Below, piece after piece: positions 60,887 to 64,000 of a stretch of DNA of 64,000 nucleotides; the stretch's first letter is position 1, and every line of letters starts with the position of its first letter. The stretch is from Spirochaetia bacterium. GTDB taxonomy: Bacteria; Spirochaetota; Spirochaetia; DSM-2461. The notes under the pieces are model-generated. The model made no database searches. It was not told where the DNA came from and was given only the letters and a program-made list of their open reading frames with translations. The stretch spans positions 5,088,001 through 5,152,000 of the forward strand of contig OY764216.1 of assembly GCA_963668315.1 (NCBI GenBank), read 5' to 3'. The position numbers were made by a program, and so were the translations under genes.

Positions 60887-62085
60887 TGAACGATAAATAC
60901 GAAGGATTTCCTCTCTGGTACAGAGAGCTGCAGCATAGGGCGGAAGAAAAACAGAAAGAGATGGACTGGCCCGACGGGCGGGAGGAAGCCTGGAGAAGAA
61001 CGGAGCTGAAGAGGCTGGAACTGGAAGAACTTTATCTGACCCCGCCGGCTTCCCCTTCTCTTGAAAGGAAAAGCCCCATGAATCTGCAGAGCCCCTCTCC
61101 GGAGAGCCGTCATCTGAGCCTATCCTATCTGATGGATGCGGTCAGGGGTGATTACCCCGGGGTGCGGGAGCTTTACGAAGCCCAGTTCGCCGCTGGGGAC
61201 AACCGGTTTATATTCAGGCTCCTGTCCGAACCGCCCCGGGGATTTTACCTCTATCTTCCCCGGAACTATGCGGCGGAGAACCTGATCTTCCTGGAAGATA
61301 ACCTGATGGGAACGGAGAATGAGAGTTTCACCATGAATCTGATAGTTCTGGAAGAGGGGGCCCGCACGGATGTCTGGGAAAGGATAGGCACATCGGAAAT
61401 TTCGCCCCTTCATAACCGGGCGACTCTTATTCTTCTTAACAAGGGGTCCAAACTGAACTACTACCGGACGCAGACCCTTATGAGCGAAAGCTCTCTGGTG
61501 GACTTTTCCCGGGCTCTGCTCAAGGGGGGATCGGAACTGAAGTTCAGCCAGGCCGAAAAGGATATCTACTTTAACAAAAGTCATATAACGGCCGATCTGC
61601 AGGAGCCCCGTTCCCGCGCTGAACTGAGGGGCATCTACCATGTGGGCGGCAGGCGGTTCAACGAGATTTTCACCGAACAGATCCACCGGGCGCCCTATTG
61701 TGAAAGCCGCTCCTTCTACCGGGGCGTTCTGGAAGACCAGGCCCGGACCGTTTATAACGGTATGATACGGGTTCTTCCCGAAGCGGTTAAAACAGACGCC
61801 TATCTGACGAACAATAACCTCCTTCTGAACGACGGCTGCCGGGCCGACTCCATCCCGGGTCTGAAAATCGCCACCAACGATGTGAAGTGCAGCCATGGTT
61901 CCACCACGGGAAAGGTAGATCCCCGACAGCTTTTCTACCTTGAGTCGAGAGGTTTCAGCAGCGAAGAAGCCCGGACGATTCTTACCAGGGCGTTCCTGGA
62001 AGAGGTCCTGGGCGAAATGCCCGTTCTGGTGAGGGAGGAGCTGGAGAACCGCTGGGACTGGGCAAAGGAGGATGTCTATGTATAA
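60883..62085 (+). CDS. sufD: Fe-S cluster assembly protein SufD
   Basis: [17 protein letters not shown] and FYLESRG motifs. Confidence 0.92.
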   Translation: MMNDKYEGFPLWYRELQHRAEEKQKEMDWPDGREEAWRRTELKRLELEELYLTPPASPSLERKSPMNLQSPSPESRHLSLSYLMDAVRGDYPGVRELYEAQFAAGDNRFIFRLLSEPPRGFYLYLPRNYAAENLIFLEDNLMGTENESFTMNLIVLEEGARTDVWERIGTSEISPLHNRATLILLNKGSKLNYYRTQTLMSESSLVDFSRALLKGGSELKFSQAEKDIYFNKSHITADLQEPRSRAELRGIYHVGGRRFNEIFTEQIHRAPYCESRSFYRGVLEDQARTVYNGMIRVLPEAVKTDAYLTNNNLLLNDGCRADSIPGLKIATNDVKCSHGSTTGKVDPRQLFYLESRGFSSEEARTILTRAFLEEVLGEMPVLVREELENRWDWAKEDVYV

Positions 62086-63283
62086 GGACAGTTTCCCCCT
62101 CCTGGCGGACAGCCCTCTTGTTTACCTCGATTCGGCGGCTACGACTCAGAAGCCGGCACAGGTGATAGAGAGGCTGGACCGGTTCTACCGGGAGGAGAAC
62201 GCCAATGTCCACCGGGCCCTTTATCCCCTGGGGGACAGGGCCACCCGCGTCTACGAAGAGAGCCGCGGAAGGGTGCGTGATTTCCTGAACGCCTCGTCGT
62301 CCAGGGAGATCATCTTCACGTCGGGCACGACCGGAGCTCTGAATCTTCTTGCCTTTTCCTTTACGGAAAACCTAAAAGCCGGCGATCATATACTGCTGAC
62401 GGAGATGGAACATCACAGCAACCTCGTTCCCTGGCAGATGGCGGCTAAACGGCGCTCCCTGGTTCTGGATTTCATTCCCCTCGGCGGGGATGGCCGGCTG
62501 GATCTGTCGGAGATGAAAAAGAACTGGCATGGGAATACGAAACTGGTGAGCCTGACCCATCTCTCCAACCTTCTCGGCACGGTGAATCCTCTGGAAGAGA
62601 TCATTGAGTTTGCCCATGGCAGAGGTGTCCCCGTGGCGGTGGATGCCGCCCAGAGCGCCGCCAGGATCCCCCTGGATGTCAGGGAGCTGGACTGCGACTT
62701 CCTGGCCTTTTCCGGACACAAGACCTACGGGCCTACGGGAGTGGGTGTCCTGTACGGCAAGGAGCATCAGCTGGAAAGACTGGTTCCCTGGCAGGGAGGG
62801 GGCAGCATGATCTCCTCGGTAAGCCTGGAGGAAACGACCTGGGCCGAACTTCCCGCCCGCCTGGAAGCGGGTACGCCCCCCATCGCCGGTGCGGCGGGCC
62901 TGGCGGCCGCGGTGGACTGGATGGAATCCATAGGAAGGGACCGCACCCTGGCCCATGAAAAGGAACTGACCCGTTATGCTCTGGAAAGGCTTTCGTCTTT
63001 GGAAGGAATTGAGCTGTACGGGTCGGGAGGGGAGGATCAGCTGGGCGTGATCTCCTTTAACATCAAGGGGCTCCATGCCCATGATACGGTTCAGTTTCTC
63101 TCGGCGGAGAATCTGGCGTTGAGAGCCGGCCATCACTGCGCCCAGCCGCTGATCAAAAAACTATCCGTTCCCTCCACGGTGAGGGCAAGTTTCGCCGTAT
63201 ATAACGAGAAGGAAGATGCTGACCGGCTGGTTTCGGTACTAAGGGAGACAAGACGGTTTTTTAACGCGAGAGGGGTACTCTGA
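62072..63283 (+). CDS. sufS: Cysteine desulfurase
   Basis: YLDSAATTQKP, SGHK and RAGHHCAQP motifs. Confidence 0.96.
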   Translation: MSMYKDSFPLLADSPLVYLDSAATTQKPAQVIERLDRFYREENANVHRALYPLGDRATRVYEESRGRVRDFLNASSSREIIFTSGTTGALNLLAFSFTENLKAGDHILLTEMEHHSNLVPWQMAAKRRSLVLDFIPLGGDGRLDLSEMKKNWHGNTKLVSLTHLSNLLGTVNPLEEIIEFAHGRGVPVAVDAAQSAARIPLDVRELDCDFLAFSGHKTYGPTGVGVLYGKEHQLERLVPWQGGGSMISSVSLEETTWAELPARLEAGTPPIAGAAGLAAAVDWMESIGRDRTLAHEKELTRYALERLSSLEGIELYGSGGEDQLGVISFNIKGLHAHDTVQFLSAENLALRAGHHCAQPLIKKLSVPSTVRASFAVYNEKEDADRLVSVLRETRRFFNARGVL

Positions 63284-63708
63284 TGTTTGACGATTTATAC
63301 CAGGAAATAATATTGGATCACTACAAAAATCCCCGGAATACAAAGAACCTTGAAGACAGGCATATCCCATTTCTGGAAAATCCCGTCTGCGGCGATTCGG
63401 TGAGGGTGGCCGTGGACTGGAGGGAGAACGACAGGATTGAAAGGGTCTGGTTCGAAGGACATGGCTGCGCCATAAGCACGGCATCGGCCTCTATGATGAC
63501 GGAACTCCTCAGGGACAGGACGAGGGAGGAAGCGGGGGAGATATGCCGGAGCTTCACGGCCATCATGCGCGGACAGGACGGAACGGACCTCGCCGACTGG
63601 GGCGATATAGAAGCCCTTCAGGGAGTGAAGGATTACCCGGCCAGAATCAAGTGCGCCACCCTTCCCTGGCACAGTCTGGAAAGGGCTCTCGAAAGGGAAA
63701 CTCCCTAA
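63283..63708 (+). CDS. sufU: SufU sulfur-transfer/scaffold protein
   Basis: LYQEIILDHYKNPRN, NPVCGD, GCAIS and RIKCA motifs. Confidence 0.93.
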   Translation: MFDDLYQEIILDHYKNPRNTKNLEDRHIPFLENPVCGDSVRVAVDWRENDRIERVWFEGHGCAISTASASMMTELLRDRTREEAGEICRSFTAIMRGQDGTDLADWGDIEALQGVKDYPARIKCATLPWHSLERALERETP

Positions 63709-64000
63709 AGGCTCGCTTTCTGCTCCTCCACCCAGAGCCTGATTTCCCCGTAGGATCTCTCCCTTATGCGGTCAAGGATTCTCAAAGAAAGGGACATGCC
63801 GCATTTGCCGAAGACTTTGCCATCCCAGAGCTCACGGAGCCAGGATTCGTTCAGGACTCCGTCGGCGGTGACGAATACAACGGCTTCTTTTTCCCCGAGC
63901 AGGGGCACCCACTCTTTTTCCAGAAAGTCCTCCCCTTCCCAGCGGTAAGCCGTCTCAGTGGCCAGTGTCCGGTCAATCCAGCCTTTAAGGACAGCGGGAG
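63705..64000 (-). CDS. NAD(P)H:quinone oxidoreductase, flavodoxin-like fold (5' truncated by window edge)
   Basis: The frame is open to the window end and reads PAVLKGWIDR, a Flavodoxin_2 family motif. Confidence 0.78.
   Translation of the reverse strand, partial: PAVLKGWIDRTLATETAYRWEGEDFLEKEWVPLLGEKEAVVFVTADGVLNESWLRELWDGKVFGKCGMSLSLRILDRIRERSYGEIRLWVEEQKASL

Overview
Chromosomal window from a spirochaete, most likely a free-living Spirochaetaceae member. The assignment rests on cfpA and on Treponema-like gene orders (cheW-degT-nadK-recN; prfB-ftsY-lolCDE). It holds about 57 CDS, mostly housekeeping: trpS, pfk, two adenosine deaminases, a GH57 branching enzyme, cdd, recN, nadK, lolCDE, ftsY, prfB with its +1 frameshift, an aroF-pheA fusion, a nitrogen cluster (GAF-sigma54 activator, amtB, glnK, GSIII), an MCP and a sufT-CBDSU operon. 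I found no rRNA, tRNA, IS element or CRISPR array. Top candidate for a new system: the operon cfpA - 323-aa protein - 'PPDK'. The PPDK homologue has lost its ATP-grasp catalytic residues but keeps the phospho-His and PEP site, like PTS Enzyme I. The middle gene carries an HPr-like domain with the His kept. Together they suggest a PEP-driven phosphorelay tied to the cytoplasmic filament. Other highlights: a sigma54 nitrogen regulon with paired TACA-N4-TGTA sites, an orphan Cas2-like gene heading the prfB operon, a candidate ~100-nt sRNA, an unannotated 51-aa membrane protein and several apparently leaderless genes. All family assignments come from motif recognition by eye; no searches were run.
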